Shown here piece by piece: positions 48,376 to 62,000 of a stretch of 64,000 nucleotides of DNA (position 1 is its first letter; each line of letters opens with the position of its first letter). Origin of the DNA: Mustelus asterias (Eukaryota). Made by a program: the position numbers and the translations under genes. Location: NCBI RefSeq assembly GCF_964213995.1, contig NC_135804.1, positions 59,210,001 to 59,274,000 of the forward strand, written 5' to 3'. The notes below the pieces were generated by a model, which saw nothing but the letters and a program-made list of their open reading frames with translations, was not told the origin of the DNA and did not search any database.

Positions 48376-50212
48376 TTCTGGGGTAGTGCCGGTTGATTGG
48401 AAAACGGCTAATGTTACGCCGCTGTTTAAAAAAGGAAGGAGACAAAAGGCGGGTAACTATAGGCCGGTCAGCTTAACGTCTGTAGTAGGGAAAATGCTGG
48501 AATCCATTATTAAAGAGGAGATAGCAGGGCATCTGGATAGAAATGGTTCGATCAATCAGACGCAGCATGGATTCATGAGGGGAAAGTCGTGCTTGACGAA
48601 CATGTTGGATTTTTATGAAGATGTGACTAGGGCGGTTGATGGAGGAGAACCGGTGGATGCGGTGTTTTTGGATTTCCAAAAGGCGTTTGATAAGGTGCCC
48701 CATAAAAGGCTGCTGAAGAAGATTAGGGCACACGGAGTTGGGGGTAGTGTGTTAAAGTGGATTGGGGACTGGCTATCCGACAGGAAGCAAAGAGTCGGAA
48801 TAAATGGGTATTTTTCCGGTTGGAGGAAGGTAACTAGTGGCGTGCCGCAGGGATCGGTACTCGGGCCACAACTATTTACCATTTATATAGATGATCTGGA
48901 GGAGGGGACGGAGTGTAGGGTAACGAAGTTTGCAGACGACACAAAGATAAGTGGAAAAGTGAATCGTGTGGAGGACGGAGAAGATCTGCAGAGAGATTTG
49001 GACAGGCTGAGTGAGTGGGCGAGGATATGGCAAATGGAGTATAACGTTGATAAATGCGAGGTTATACACTTTGGAGGAAATAATAACAAATGGGATTACT
49101 ATCTCAATGGAAACAAATTAAAACATGCTACCGTGCAAAGGGACCTGGGGGTCCTTGTGCATGAGACGCAAAAGCCCAGTCTGCAGGTACAACAGGTGAT
49201 CAAGAAGGCAAATGGGATGTTGGCCTATATCACGAGGGGGATAGAATATAAAAGCAGGGGTGTCTTGATGCACCTGTACAGGGCATTGGTGAGGCTGCAG
49301 CTGGAATACTGTGTGCAGTATTGGTCCCCTTATATGAGGAAGGATATATTGGCATTGGAGGGAGTGCAGAGAAGGTTCACCAGGTTGATCATAGAAATCA
49401 TAGAAACCCTACAGTGCAGAAGGAGGCCATTCGGCCCATCGAGTCTGCACCGACCACAATCCCACCCAGGCCCTACCCCCACATATTTACCCGCTAATCC
49501 CACTAACCTACGCATCACAGGACTCTAAGGGGCAATTTTTAACCTGGCCAATTAACCTAACCCGCACATCTTTGGACTGTGGGAGGAAACCGGAGCACCC
49601 GGAGGAAACCCACGCAGACACGAGGAGAATGTGCAAACTCCACACAGACAGTGACCCGAGCCGGGAATCGAACCCGGGACCCTGGAGCTGTGAAGCAGCA
49701 GTGCTAACCACTGTGCTACCGTGCTACCGTGATACCGGAGATGAGGGGTTTGGATTATGAGGAGAGGCTGAGGAGATTGGGTTTGTACTCGTTGGAGTTT
49801 AGAAGGATGAGGGGGGATCTTATGGAGACTTATAAGATAATGCGGGGGCTGGATAGGGTGGAGGCGGAGAGATTCTTTCCACTTAGTAAGGAAGTTAAAA
49901 CTAGAGGACACAGCCTCAAAATAAAGGGGGGTCGGTTTGAGACAGAGTTGAGGAGGAACTTCTTCTCCCAGAGGGTGGTGAATCTCTGGAATTCTCTGCC
50001 CACTGAGGTGGTGGAGGCTACCTCGCTGAATATGTTTAAACCGCGAATGGATGGATTCCTGATCGGTAAGGGAATTAAGGGTTATGGGGATCAGGCGGGT
50101 AAGTGGTACTGATCCACGTCAGATCAGCAATGATCTTATTGAATGGCGGGGCAGGCTCGAGGGGCTAGATGGCCTACTCCTGCTCCTATTTCTTATGTTC
50201 TTATGTTCTTAT
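48376..50212 (+). mobile_element. Young CR1 LINE 3' half (intact RT frame apart from a SINE insertion)
   Basis: ORFs 48386-49389 and 49731-50112 are contiguous once the SINE is removed. Ends in a (ttcttatg)n tail. Confidence 0.95.
49390..49730 (-). mobile_element. HE1-like SINE inserted inside a CR1 ORF2
   Basis: Interrupts caggttgat|accggag with a (t)gat duplication. The ORF2 frame resumes at IPEMRGL. Confidence 0.93.
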
Positions 50213-52289
50213 GACGGTAGCAGCGCCGACAGGAAGAGCAGAGTGGAGACAAGAGGGAGGAAGAGTGGCTGCAGCAGCCCAGATGATGAGAGAAAACAAG
50301 AATAAGAGAAGGATAAAAGAGTGACGACAGCAGTACCTCGATGTTAAGAAGAGCAGAACAACAGCAAGATCGACGCGTTAAAAATAAAAGTGTGACGTCG
50401 CAGGAAAGTAAGTATCTGATAGGTTGGTGAGGATTTTTTTCTGAGCTACACTTCCTTTCAAATTAGGAGCTGGGAAAAATTGAAAATCAGATGGGTTAAG
50501 TAAAGCAGTGAACTAATGAGGGCATAAACAGCGAACAAGTGGAAAAGATTAATATAAACAAGGCATTGAGTCGATAGCTAATAAGGGAATGAAATGTTTT
50601 CGAGATCAAGAATCATCATCTGAGACTGTTGCTTGCAGTTCCTGCGCAATGTAGGAAATTTAGGATATTTCACATACCTGTCGGTCATCAGCGGGGAATA
50701 GGTTCTTTTTGTCCTGTATGGGACTTTCCAACATGTAGGTTCAGCACAGATAGCAGGAGGTCTTGAGTCTTTGGTTGTGTGGTGCTCTCCAATAGGTACT
50801 TACGTTTGGGATTGCTGGAAATGATAACGCCTTGCAGCAGCGCAGCATAAATCAAGACAACAATGGCCAAGGAATTGATCAAGAGGGATATTAATGAATA
50901 GAAATGCAGCTGTTATGGCAGACGCCATATTCACGGGACAGGAAGGGATTTCTCTACCCATCAATCTGAAATATGTGGGGTGTATTCTCTCTCAGGTGTT
51001 GCGGTAAAGGACATCGTAGAGTGTGTGCAGGACAATCCACGAAGGGAGTGCCTGAAGTTATTGTATATATTGCTACCGGCGAAATAGAGGAACGCTATTG
51101 AGTGCTTACGGTTCGATTTTCAGGATGTACGGCGGAAAAGTAAAACCTCAAATGTTATAATTCTGGTTTCCTGCCGGTGTGACATGCTAATAAGAGCAGA
51201 AATAGGGAAGGTCTGTGTGTGGCTTGAGTGTTTTCCAAAGGTGCTGTGGTGGGTTATGGTAATTGGCTTCAGATTTCAGAGTGGGCTCAATCCCTCATTG
51301 GTGTATAATGGGCTACGAGCTCTGACCAATTGCTCTCCCAATACATATCACGTAGCTGCTCAGTGACATCTTGGACCCTGGAGGAGTTGATTCTGGAAGC
51401 AATGGTCGGAGATGGAGGAGGAGGCGGCGGGGGGGGGGGGGGGGGGGGCGGGGGGGTGGTGGTGGCGGGGGGGGGGGTGGGGAGGCGCAGAATATCAACT
51501 CAGTATCGCGTTTGAGGCCGGAGAACTGCATGCCTCTTTCCCTGACCCTTCCTTTCTGAATATTACTGCTCCTACCCTGTAGGTATGGACCATCCCCAGT
51601 GTTATGGACTTGCGCCTGGTTACATTTTGTCGTGTAACCATGATTCTTATCAACATTGAGAACTGAATACCCATTAGAGATCGAGAGATATTCATGGGAA
51701 TCTATTTTGCCGTTCTTCACTGTCCGCAGTCACTCTTTCTGCCTACTCTTCAGCTTTAGTTGAGCACCTCCACAACAATCTTCTGCATCGAGCTCCCAGC
51801 TTCACAGATGCATCGCAGTGAAATCAGCTGCTGCTTCAACTACAAAATATTTGATTCCTCGAAATGGTTATCCATGTTATGTATATTTTTCTTTTGATTC
51901 TGCAATAACTGTAAAAATAAAACCCAGAAATAATTGATTTACCGCAGTTATTTCCTTCATATTAATACAGCAGCACAGTACTGATCATCGACACATCTGG
52001 CTGCACGGAAACTGCCAAGAAATGTTCCGATTGAAAATCGACGATAGCTACGTTTTCAAGATACTTGCGATGTACGCATTGCTTGGCATGACTGCTTTTA
52101 CTTTTTAAGTTTGCGAATTGCTTGCCAACCATCTTCTGTAAAACCATAGACAATGCATTTTTAAAGAGAATGAAAACATCTCCGCGTTTCAAAACTGTCT
52201 TAATTTCACTCGATGTTGCAACTGAAAATACATCTCTTGCCTTTGTTCAATGTCTCGATACATTGGAGCGAGGTGGCTTGATAGCTGCT

Positions 52290-55200
52290 TAAAAAATTAC
52301 TTGCCATGTATTCTCCAAAATGCCATGGCACCGTGCATGACAGCTTTATACTGAGGAACTCAGATGTCCCAGAGGAGGAGCCTAGGGTTCAGGGATGGCT
52401 TGTGGGGGCCATGGGGCCACCGCTGCGGTCGTGGCTGATGACGCCTGTGCAGAGGCCTGAGACTGAGGCGGTAACCCGATGTAATGGGGCCCACGTTGCA
52501 GCCAGTCAATCATGGATTTGTACATTGGGCTCCTCAAAATGCTTCAGGTTCAGGTGAATTTACCCTTCTAGTGGGGCCCTCCAGTATACCCCCCGACATT
52601 GTTGCGCCTTTTAGTGGTAACTGTGCCCTGCAGAATCTGGCACAGCACTGGGGAGACATTCCGAATGAGGAGGTGGTGGAGGCGGGACCTGCCGGGCGAC
52701 GCAGGAGAGGAGGCCGCCTAGGAGGATGTAGAGGAGGAGGAGGACGACGGTCAACACCACCCAGGCTCTCGAGGGCTGGTGGCAGCAAGGGTCAGGCATG
52801 CGAGGGTGGCTACGGAGGCCCTGATCAATACGCCTTTTGGGAACTAGGGGCCACTGTTGCCGCACGCGGGTTCCAATCCCCCCACGTTTGCACCCCTACA
52901 ATCTCAGTGGTTGGGTGGTGTGGGGAAAATGTCTCCCTGGTTCTGTGGATGCCATGGTAGATGTTTTAAGTCGCTGCCATTGCATGCCACCCACTATAGC
53001 CAGTGAATGATTTGAGCACCTTGATTTTCACACTTGCAGTGCACTGAGGGCCTTCCCCCATGGACATCGACTTGTGGGTGCCTCCGGTGAAGGTCGGGTA
53101 AGTACATCACTGTTGGATGCTAATCAGAAACAGATTCCTCACAGCTGCGGGGTGCAATATCATATATTGGTGCCAACAAAAGTGCCATCAAACTAAGTAC
53201 TCATATATAACAAGTGCAAGTGAAACTTAACAATGGCTAATTATTATATCGAAATCATGCGCTCCTCCACCCATGCCACGTTTGTGCCGCTACAACTTCT
53301 TAGCTTTAAGTGGCCTGCCACTGCATCTCCGTGTCTCTACATGATGTACATCAGAGGTGGAGGTGGCCGACTGCTTGCCATGACCCTGGCCTGTGATGCC
53401 CTCTGAAGGGCCTGGACCTTGAGGGCACCAACCAGCTTCGAGGTGTCATGCACACATCCAGGCCATCCTGTTCATCCCACTGCCCTTGAGATGCACTGTT
53501 ACCAGGAGGAGTCAGAATGTGTTCGCCACTGCTGCAGTCTCGTGGGTGGAAGGCCCCGCCACGGCATGTAGCCCTTCCTCCTACCTTGGGGTTCCTGTGG
53601 GCCCTGGTTCACTCCATTGAATGGCAGTGCTTCTGCAGTGAGCTCCGTTGTCAAATGACCCGGCCAGTCCTGAATTCTTGCCATAGTGGGCTTGCCCTCA
53701 GCGATGGCATTCTGAGTCTGGGGCCACTTGCCAGTGGCAGCAACAAGAGCATCTGAGATTGGACTACGCACTGCAACCCCTCATCATGAATGGGCCACAT
53801 TCTCAAGGGCTGCCTCATAGCGCACTGTATCTCAGCGCTGTTCCACTGGGTCACCTGCAAGCTCTTGAGCCTCTCAGCTATATGCTGCAGAATCTCAGTA
53901 AGCCTGTTGAGGCCCTCAGCTGTAGCCTGCTGTGAGTCAGCCATGGCCTGCTGTGACTCAGCCGTGGCCTGTTGTAACTCAGCCATGGCCCACTGCGACT
54001 CAACCATGGCCCTCTACTCCATAGTGGCCTGCTGTGACTCAGCCATGGCTTGGACCCTGCCACTCATGGTGATGATTTCCTGGTCCCGGTTTTCCACCGC
54101 AGATGCCACCCTTGCTGTGATGGCCTGGGAACCACGCAGGACTGGCAATAGCTGGTCCACCTAAAAGCTTTGGTACTCCTCCCAACAGCCTCAGATTCCA
54201 TCCAGTCTTGCTGTCAGCTCCTCCTGCATTCCCTGACTCTGTTGCTGCATCTTCAGCAATTGAGCGAGAAGCGATTGCAGAGGCCAAGCATATAGCCTGG
54301 GGCCAGCTGTGTCTTGCTCCTGGCAGGTCCGCGTGCCAGAGATTTCGGACCTCCTTCACCCAATGGACATCAGCAGACGTATGGTGTACTCGAGAGAGTG
54401 ACCACTCGCTTGACTCATCCTACAGACTCTCTGGGGTGGTGAGCTGCAAGGTGGAAGCTGACACGAAGCTGGTGCTGGCTTGGTGGTCCCATCATTGTTT
54501 CTGCTGAGGAATCGTCTGAGCTGTCTTGAGAAGGATGGGTGGGAGCAGCAGTGCGTCTGGACCTGGTGCATCTGGTCCCTTCGTGCAACACAGCACATGA
54601 GGTTAAGTGCAAGGGAGGGACACGAATCTGGCTGCATGCAACTTAGTTCAGATATCTCCAACGAGTGGAGGATTAGCAGGTGCTCACTTCTACGCTCCAG
54701 CCCAACCTGGCTGTTGTATTTATTGTGGGTCCTCTCCTCTCCTGCCTCCTCAAATGGGGTGAGGACCTGACCTTCGGGCACCCCACCCCCTGTCTTCGCC
54801 CTCTCACGCTGGTTTTGGTTGTTCTTCTCCTGTGGGGCCGTGTAAATTCCGATGGCAGGATCCTGCAGGGTGTCAGGGGGTCGCCCTCAGGGGGCAAAGT
54901 TTGTGAGACATTTGGGGAGGGTGGGGTTGGAGGGAGGTGCTGGCGGTTTAGGGGCTGGAAGCATGCACCGGGCTGGGGGTGCCGGGGATCTGGGGATCAC
55001 TGAGAGGAAAGATACTAGGACAGGTTTAACATTCACCCTTGCTGCCCAGATTATGTCGTTCAGTTTCTTCTGGCGCTGTTTTTCAGTCCTCCTTCCCAGT
55101 GCCCTCGCACTGACACATGCTGCCACCGCCTCTCAGGCTGCATTGCCATCCCTTCCCTTGGGATAGCATTCTTCTGGGGGGTGGGGGGGGGGGGGTGGGA

Positions 55201-55955
55201 GGTGGGGGTGGGTGGGATTGGGTGGGGGGTAGGATCTCCTTTCGAGCTTCCACCACCTCCAGTAACGTGGCAAGATCTCCATCAGACAAACAGAGGGCTG
55301 TCTTCCTTCAGGCCATCGTCCTGCTGACTGCCTGTTTGTCCACCCTGGGGTCTTTAATGGAGCTCTACCTTGTTAAGACAGATCAGCTGTCTTCGGGCGA
55401 GTCATGCGCCCATTAGAGTATTCTAGCGAGTTCAATGCAGTTTGCCCTTTGTCACAGAGGGGCAACCAAGTCAGCACTTGCAGGTGTGCTGATTGGGAGG
55501 GGGAGGGGGGTGGGGGTTGGTGATGGTGGAGGTCACTGTACCTCTGTGATGTTGGGGGCAGGGAAGCGAGAGATTCATCTCACTGAGCAATCGGGGGCAG
55601 GAGTTGATGAGGGGGCCATGTGCAAAGTGGCCGGCAGGGGTTGTGGAGTGGGCGGTGAGTGAGGAGTTGCCAATATTGGGGGGGGGAGGGGCTCCCTGAT
55701 GTCCATGGGGGGAGGGGCCGGCGGAGTGGTGGGGCGGGGGGGGGGAGGGGTGCGGCTGGGAGCCGGCCTTATCTGATCCCGGTTGGTCTGTCTGTGTTTT
55801 GGACATTTCTTTGCACATGAGCAGTTTGTGGCTCCGAATTGAGCTGCAGGCTGGCTGGCGGGTTCAGTCCTGCCCATTACATCTCGTGGCTGGAAGCGTT
55901 CTGGCCCATTTTTTCATTATCTAACTCCATCGGATTGGGAGTAAAATCTCGCCCA
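52290..55955. mobile_element. Degenerate PIF/Harbinger DNA transposon: transposase remnant (+) and Myb/SANT-like gene remnant (-)
   Basis: + strand: HGTVHDSFILRNS, GWL.G, WLMTPV and AH (HARBI1-like DDE). - strand: SDGDLATLLEVVEARKEIL and VSARALGRRTEKQRQKKLNDI (Myb/SANT-like). Convergent two-gene layout with a gggcgagattttac-like end. Confidence 0.75.
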
Positions 55956-55964
55956 AGAAACGAA

Positions 55965-57705
55965 TCTGGAACTGTCCCATTTTCAAGCAAGGTGGACATC
56001 AAATGCCAGAAATGTTGGAGAATGCAAGATTTAGTGAGAGGGAAGAACTGAGGGAGGTCAACATTAGTAGAGAAACGGTGCTGGTAAAGATGATGGGATT
56101 GAAGGCGGATAAATCCCAGGGCCTGATAAATTACATCCCAGAGCACTTAAGGAAGTGGTTTTAGAAATAGTGGATGCATTGGTGGTCATCTTCCAGGATT
56201 CTATAGACTCTTGAACAATCCCAGCAGATTGGAGGGTAGTGAATGTCACTCCAATATTCAAAAAGGGAGGTAGAGAGAAAACAGGGAATTATAGACCAGT
56301 AAGATTAACATCGGTAGTGGGGAAAATTCTCGATCCATTATCAAGGACTTTATATCAGAGCATTTAGAAAGCAGTGGCAGGATCAGACAGAGTCAGCATG
56401 GATTTATGAAGGGGAAATCATGCTTGACAAATCTGTTGGAGTTCTTTAAACATGTAACTTGACAAGGGGGAGCCAGTCAATGTGGTATATTTGGACTTTC
56501 AGAAAGTGTTTGACAAAGTCCAGCACAAGAGATTATCATGCAAAGTTAAAGCGGTTGGGATTTGGGAAGTGTGTTGAGATGGACAGAAAATTAGTTGGCA
56601 GAAACGAAACAAAGTGTAAGAATTAATGGATGCTTTTCAAACTGGCAGGCAGTAACTAGTGGGGTTATGTAACGACAGGAATCGATGCTGGGACCATAGC
56701 TATTCACAATATATATTAATGATTTGGACGAGGGAACAAAATGTAACATCTCAACGTTTGCAGATGATACCAAGTTGGGTGAGAGGGTGAATTGTGGCGA
56801 GGATGCAGAGATCCTTCAGAATGACCTGGACAGGTTGGTTGAGTGGGCTAATCAATGGCAGATGCAGTATAATTTGGATAAGTGTGAGGTTATTAACTTT
56901 GGAAGCAAAAACAAGAAGGCAGATTACTACCTGAATGGCTGTACATTGAGAGAGGGGAGTGTGCAGTGGGGACCTGGGTGTCCTTGTGCACTAGTCACTG
57001 AAGGTAAGCATCAGGTGCAGCAAGTAGTAAAGATGGCAAATGGCATTTTGGCCTTCATTGCGAGAGTTCTCGAGTACAGCTTCAGGGAATGTGTTGTTGC
57101 AACTATACAGGGCCTTGGTGAGGCCACACCTAGAGTATTGTGTGCAGTTTTGGTCTCCTTTTCTGAGGAAGGAAGCTCTTGCTGTGGAAGGAATGCAACG
57201 AAGGTTTGCCAGGCTGATTCTGGGGATGGCGGATTGATGTATGACGAGAGATTGACTAGGTTAGGATTGGTTTCTCTGGACTTCAAACGAATGAGGTGGG
57301 AGGGGGGACGGGGGAGGGGGGGGGGTTGGAATCTCATAGAGACTTATAAAATTCCAACAGGATTAGACAGGGTAGGTGCAGGAAGGATATTCCCAATGGT
57401 GGGGGAGTCTATAACCAGGGGTCACAGTCAGGATTCAGGGTAGGCCATTGAGGATGGAGGTGAGGATACATTTCTGCACCCAAAGAGTGGTGAGCCTGTG
57501 CAATTCATTGCCACAGGCAGTAGTTGATGCCAAACCATTGAATGTATTCAAGTGGCGGTTGGATATAGCACTTGGGGCGATTGGGATCCAAGGTTATGGG
57601 GAAAAATCAGGATTAGGCAATTGAGTTGGATGATCGTAATGAATGGCGGAGTAGGGTCGAAAGGCCAAATGGCCTCCTCCTGCTCCAATCGTCTATATTT
57701 CTATG
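55965..57705 (+). mobile_element. Old CR1 LINE (RT region)
   Basis: FADDTKLG, EWANQWQM and RPHLEYCVQFWSP motifs with many lesions. Confidence 0.88.
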
Positions 57706-59017
57706 GCACTTCAAATGCTTCTCGTAAAATTCCGCCTATGGAGCTTATTTCTTGTTTGAATGTTCACACCGTAGGATATAGAATCTTGGGAGAGGAATCG
57801 ATGCGATCTTTCAAAGTTGAATTGGATATATTGCTGAGAAGGAAAAAATTTCATGACTTTGGGAAAGAGTGCAAAAGTAAGCCTAAATATCTTTCAAAAT
57901 GTTGGCACTGTCGCAATAGGGTGCATGGCTTTCTTCGTGTTGCAAGTTGCAACGCTTTTGCTGGGCCAGGTGGATCGATGCAGATATGTGTGACATAAAC
58001 ATATCTGTAACTTTCTTTCAGTACTTCGATGGACAAATTCATTGAATAAAGCTGCACTCTTTTCGCATTACGTGTGCACTTTGGCTATACGTCATGTGGC
58101 TGTAACAGGAGACATAAATAAAAACGCAGCTTTTACATTGTGAATCGCCAAAAAGGAGCACGAATTATTGATTTGTAAAAGATATTTTTTTTCTTGCGTT
58201 CATTTATCCTGATAGTTCGGTACAGCAATTGGAAGCGACGCGTATATGAGCACGCCTCGCGCTGCTCCTTGTTGAGTCAGTAATAGATATCTAAAATATT
58301 GTTGATAGGCAATTTGGGGGACCCTGTAGGCTTCTATCAAACAGCCATCAAAACGTCACATAACAATCCTTATCTTCTTAAATCCTCAATGCTCTGGGCA
58401 ACCTGGTTCAAATCTCACCTGGCAAATGGTAAAACTTGAATCCCATAAAATCTGGAATGAAATGTCTAACGACGATCATGAAACAAATCTCGATTATCAC
58501 CAAACCCCATCAGGTTCACTAATGTGGAAGGGCATTTGCCAGCCTTACCTGCTCTGGGCTACATGTAACTCCAGATCGACAACAATGGGTTGATTCTCAG
58601 ATATACTCTGAAATGGTCTGGCAAGCCGCTCAGTTCAAGAGACATTAGGGATGGAGAATAAATGCCGGCCAGCCAGCTAAGCCAACATGCCATTAATAAA
58701 TAAGAATAAAACATTTCCAGAAAAGTATAAACGTTATTCTCGCATGATGGTTTATGTTACACTGGTGTTCTATGTTAGTTTTTAATTGGTTACTCAGTCC
58801 CACCTGAGCGTAGATGACCCCTGATCATTACATTTATGTCCTGGAGCCTTTCTGGTTCTGCTGAGATCTAATGCAACAACATGTACGTTCTCAAACGTTG
58901 CTACATGCATGGGTCAGAAAGAAAAGGCTTGTTTATGTTAGTGGTTCATAGTGTTCAGCAGCATATACATTGCTGACCAAACTCGGATGGATTGATCTGA
59001 GCTGGAGAACAACTGAG

Positions 59018-62000
59018 GAACAAAGAACAAAGAACAGTACAGCACAGGAAACAGGCTCTTCGGCCCTCCAAGCCTGTGCCGCTCCTTGGTCCAACTAGAC
59101 CAATCGTTTGTATCCCTCCATTCCCAGGCTGCTCGTGTGACTATCCAGGTAAGTCTTAAACGATGTCAGCGTGCCTGCCTCCACCACCCTACTTGGCAGT
59201 GCATTCCAGGCCCCCACCACCCTCTGTGTAAAAGACATCCCTCTAATATCTGAGTTACACTTTGCCCCTCTCAACTGGAGCCTGTGACCCCTCGTGAACG
59301 TCACTTCTGATCTGGGAAAAAGCTTCCCACCGTTCACCCTATCTATCCCCTTCATAATCTTGTACACCTCTACTAGTTCTCCCCTCATTCTCCGTCTTTC
59401 CAGAAAGAACAAGCCCAGTTTACCCAATCTCTCCTCATAGCTAAGACCCTCCATACCAGGCAACATCCTGGTAAACCTTCTCTGCACTCTCTCCAACGCC
59501 TCCACGTCCTTCTGGTAGTGCGGCGACCAGAACTGGACGCAGTACTCCAAATGTGGCCGAACCAGCGTTCTATACAGCTGCATCATCAGACTCCAGCTTT
59601 TATAATCTATACCCCGTCCTATAAAGGCAAGCATACCATATGCCTTCTTCACCACCTTCTCCACCTGTGTTGCCACCTTCAAAGATTTGTGGACTTGCAC
59701 AGGTCCCTCTGTGTTTCTATACTCCTGATGACTCTGCCATTTATTGTATAACTCCTCCCTACATTATTTCTTCCAAAATGCATCACTTCGCATTTATCTG
59801 GATTAAACTCCATCTGCCACCTCTCCGCCCAATTTTCCAGCCTATCTATATCCTGCTGTATTGCCCAACAATGCTCTTCGCTATCCGCAAGTCCAGCCAA
59901 CTTCGTGTCATCCGCAAACTTGCTGATTTCACCAGTTACACCTTCTTCCAAATCATTTATATATATCACAAATAGCAGAGGTCCCAGTACAGAGCCCTGC
60001 GGAACACCACTGGTCACAGACCTCCAGCCGGAAAAAGACCCTTCGACCACTACCCTCTGTCTCCTATGGCCAAGCCAGTTCTCCACCCATCTAGCCACTT
60101 CTCCTTGTATCCCATGAGCCTTAACCTTCTTAACCAACATGCCATGTGGGACTTTGTCAAATGCCTTACTGAAATCCACATAGACGACATCCACGGCCCT
60201 TCCTTCATCAACCGTTTTGGTCACTTCCTCAAAAAACTCCACCAAATTTGTAAGGCACGACCTCCCTCTTACAAAACCATGCTGTCTGTCACTAATGAGA
60301 TTGTTCCTTTCTAAATGCATATACATCCTGTCTCTAACAATCCTCTCCAACAACTTCCCTACCACGGACGTCAAACTCACCGGCCTATAATTTCCTTGGT
60401 TATCCCTGCTACCCTTCTTAAACAACGGGACCACATTTGCTATCCTCCAATCCTCAGGGACCTCACCTGTGTCCAAAGAAGCGACAAAGATTTCCATCAG
60501 AGGCCCAGCAATTTCATCTCTCGTCTCCCTGAGCAGCCGAGGATAGATGCCATCAGGCCCTGGGGCTTTTTCAGTTTTAATGTTCCCTAAAAAACCTAAC
60601 ACTTCCTCTCTTGTAATGGAGATTTTCTCTAACGGGTCAACAGCTCCCTCTGACACTCCCGGTTAACACGCCCCTCTCCTTCGTGAATACCGATGCAAAG
60701 TATGCATTTAGGATCTCCCCTATTCCCTTGGGTTCTAAGCATAATTCCCCTCCTTTGTCGCTGAGAGGTCCGATTTTCTCCCTGACAACTCTTTTGTTCC
60801 TAACGTATGAATAGAATGCCTTAGGATTCTCCTTAATCCTGGCTGCCAAGAACATCTCGTGACCTCTTTTTGCCCTTCTAACTCCCCGTTTGAGTTCTTT
60901 CCTACTCTCTCTGTATTCCTCCAGAGCTCCATCTCTTTTCCGTTGCCTGGACTTAACGTACGCCTCCCTTTTCATTTTAATCAGATCCTCAATTTCCCTG
61001 GTTATCCACGGCTCTCGAATCCTACCTTTCCTATCTTTCCTTTTTACAGGCACATGCCTATCCTGCAGCCTTATCAATAGTTCCTTAAAAGACTCCCACA
61101 TGCCAGACGTGGACTAACCCTCGAACATCCTCTCCCAATCAACATCCACCAATTCCTGCCTAATCTGGCTTTAGTTAGCCTTCCCCCAATTTAGCACCCT
61201 GCCCGTAGGACAGCACTCATCCTTGTCCATTACTATCCTAAAGTTAACAGAGTTGTGGTCACTATTTGCCACATGTTCCCCGACCGAAACATGGACGACC
61301 TGACCGGGCTCATTTCCCAGAACTAGGTCCAGTATAGACCCCTCTCTAGTCGGGCTATCTACATACTGTTCCAAAGAACCTTCCAGTACGCATTTTACAA
61401 ATTCCTCCCCGTCCGGACCCCCAGCTCTAAGCACTTTCCAGTCTGTGCCAGGGAAATTAAAGTCCCCCACTACAACAACCCTATTTTTTCTGCACCTATC
61501 CAGAATCTCCTGACATATCCTTTCCTCCACTTCCCGTGGGCTGTTGGGTGGTCTGTAGTACACCCCCAGCATGGTGACTGCACCCTTCCTGTTTCTGAAT
61601 TCCACCCACAGCGACTCAGTACATGACCCCTCTAAATTGTCTACCCTCTGCACCGCGGTAATACGCTCCTTAACTAATATCGCTACTCCCCCACCTTTTT
61701 ATGCCCCTCCTCTGTCTCGCCTAAAACACTTATACCCCGGAATATTCAGCTGCCAGTCCTGTCCTTCTTTTAACCAAGTTTCCATCACCGCAACCACATC
61801 CAAATTCCGCATAAGCATTGAGGCCCTAAGTTCGTCTGTTTTACCCGTTACGCTCCTCGCATTGGAGCAGATGCACTCCAGACCTCCAGGCCCACTCAGG
61901 TCATCCTCCTCCAGAGTGCTCCTCTTCTTAGCTAGCCTTGCCCTGGCCCCCAGCTCAACCCCAGACTCAGTATTTATTGACCTATTGTTTTGTTCCCCAC

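Noticed and set aside
53651-54164. Coiled-coil-like ORF with ~21-bp repeats (AESQQAM..)
   Set aside because: Fits the repetitive C-terminal part of the Harbinger Myb-like gene, not a host gene.
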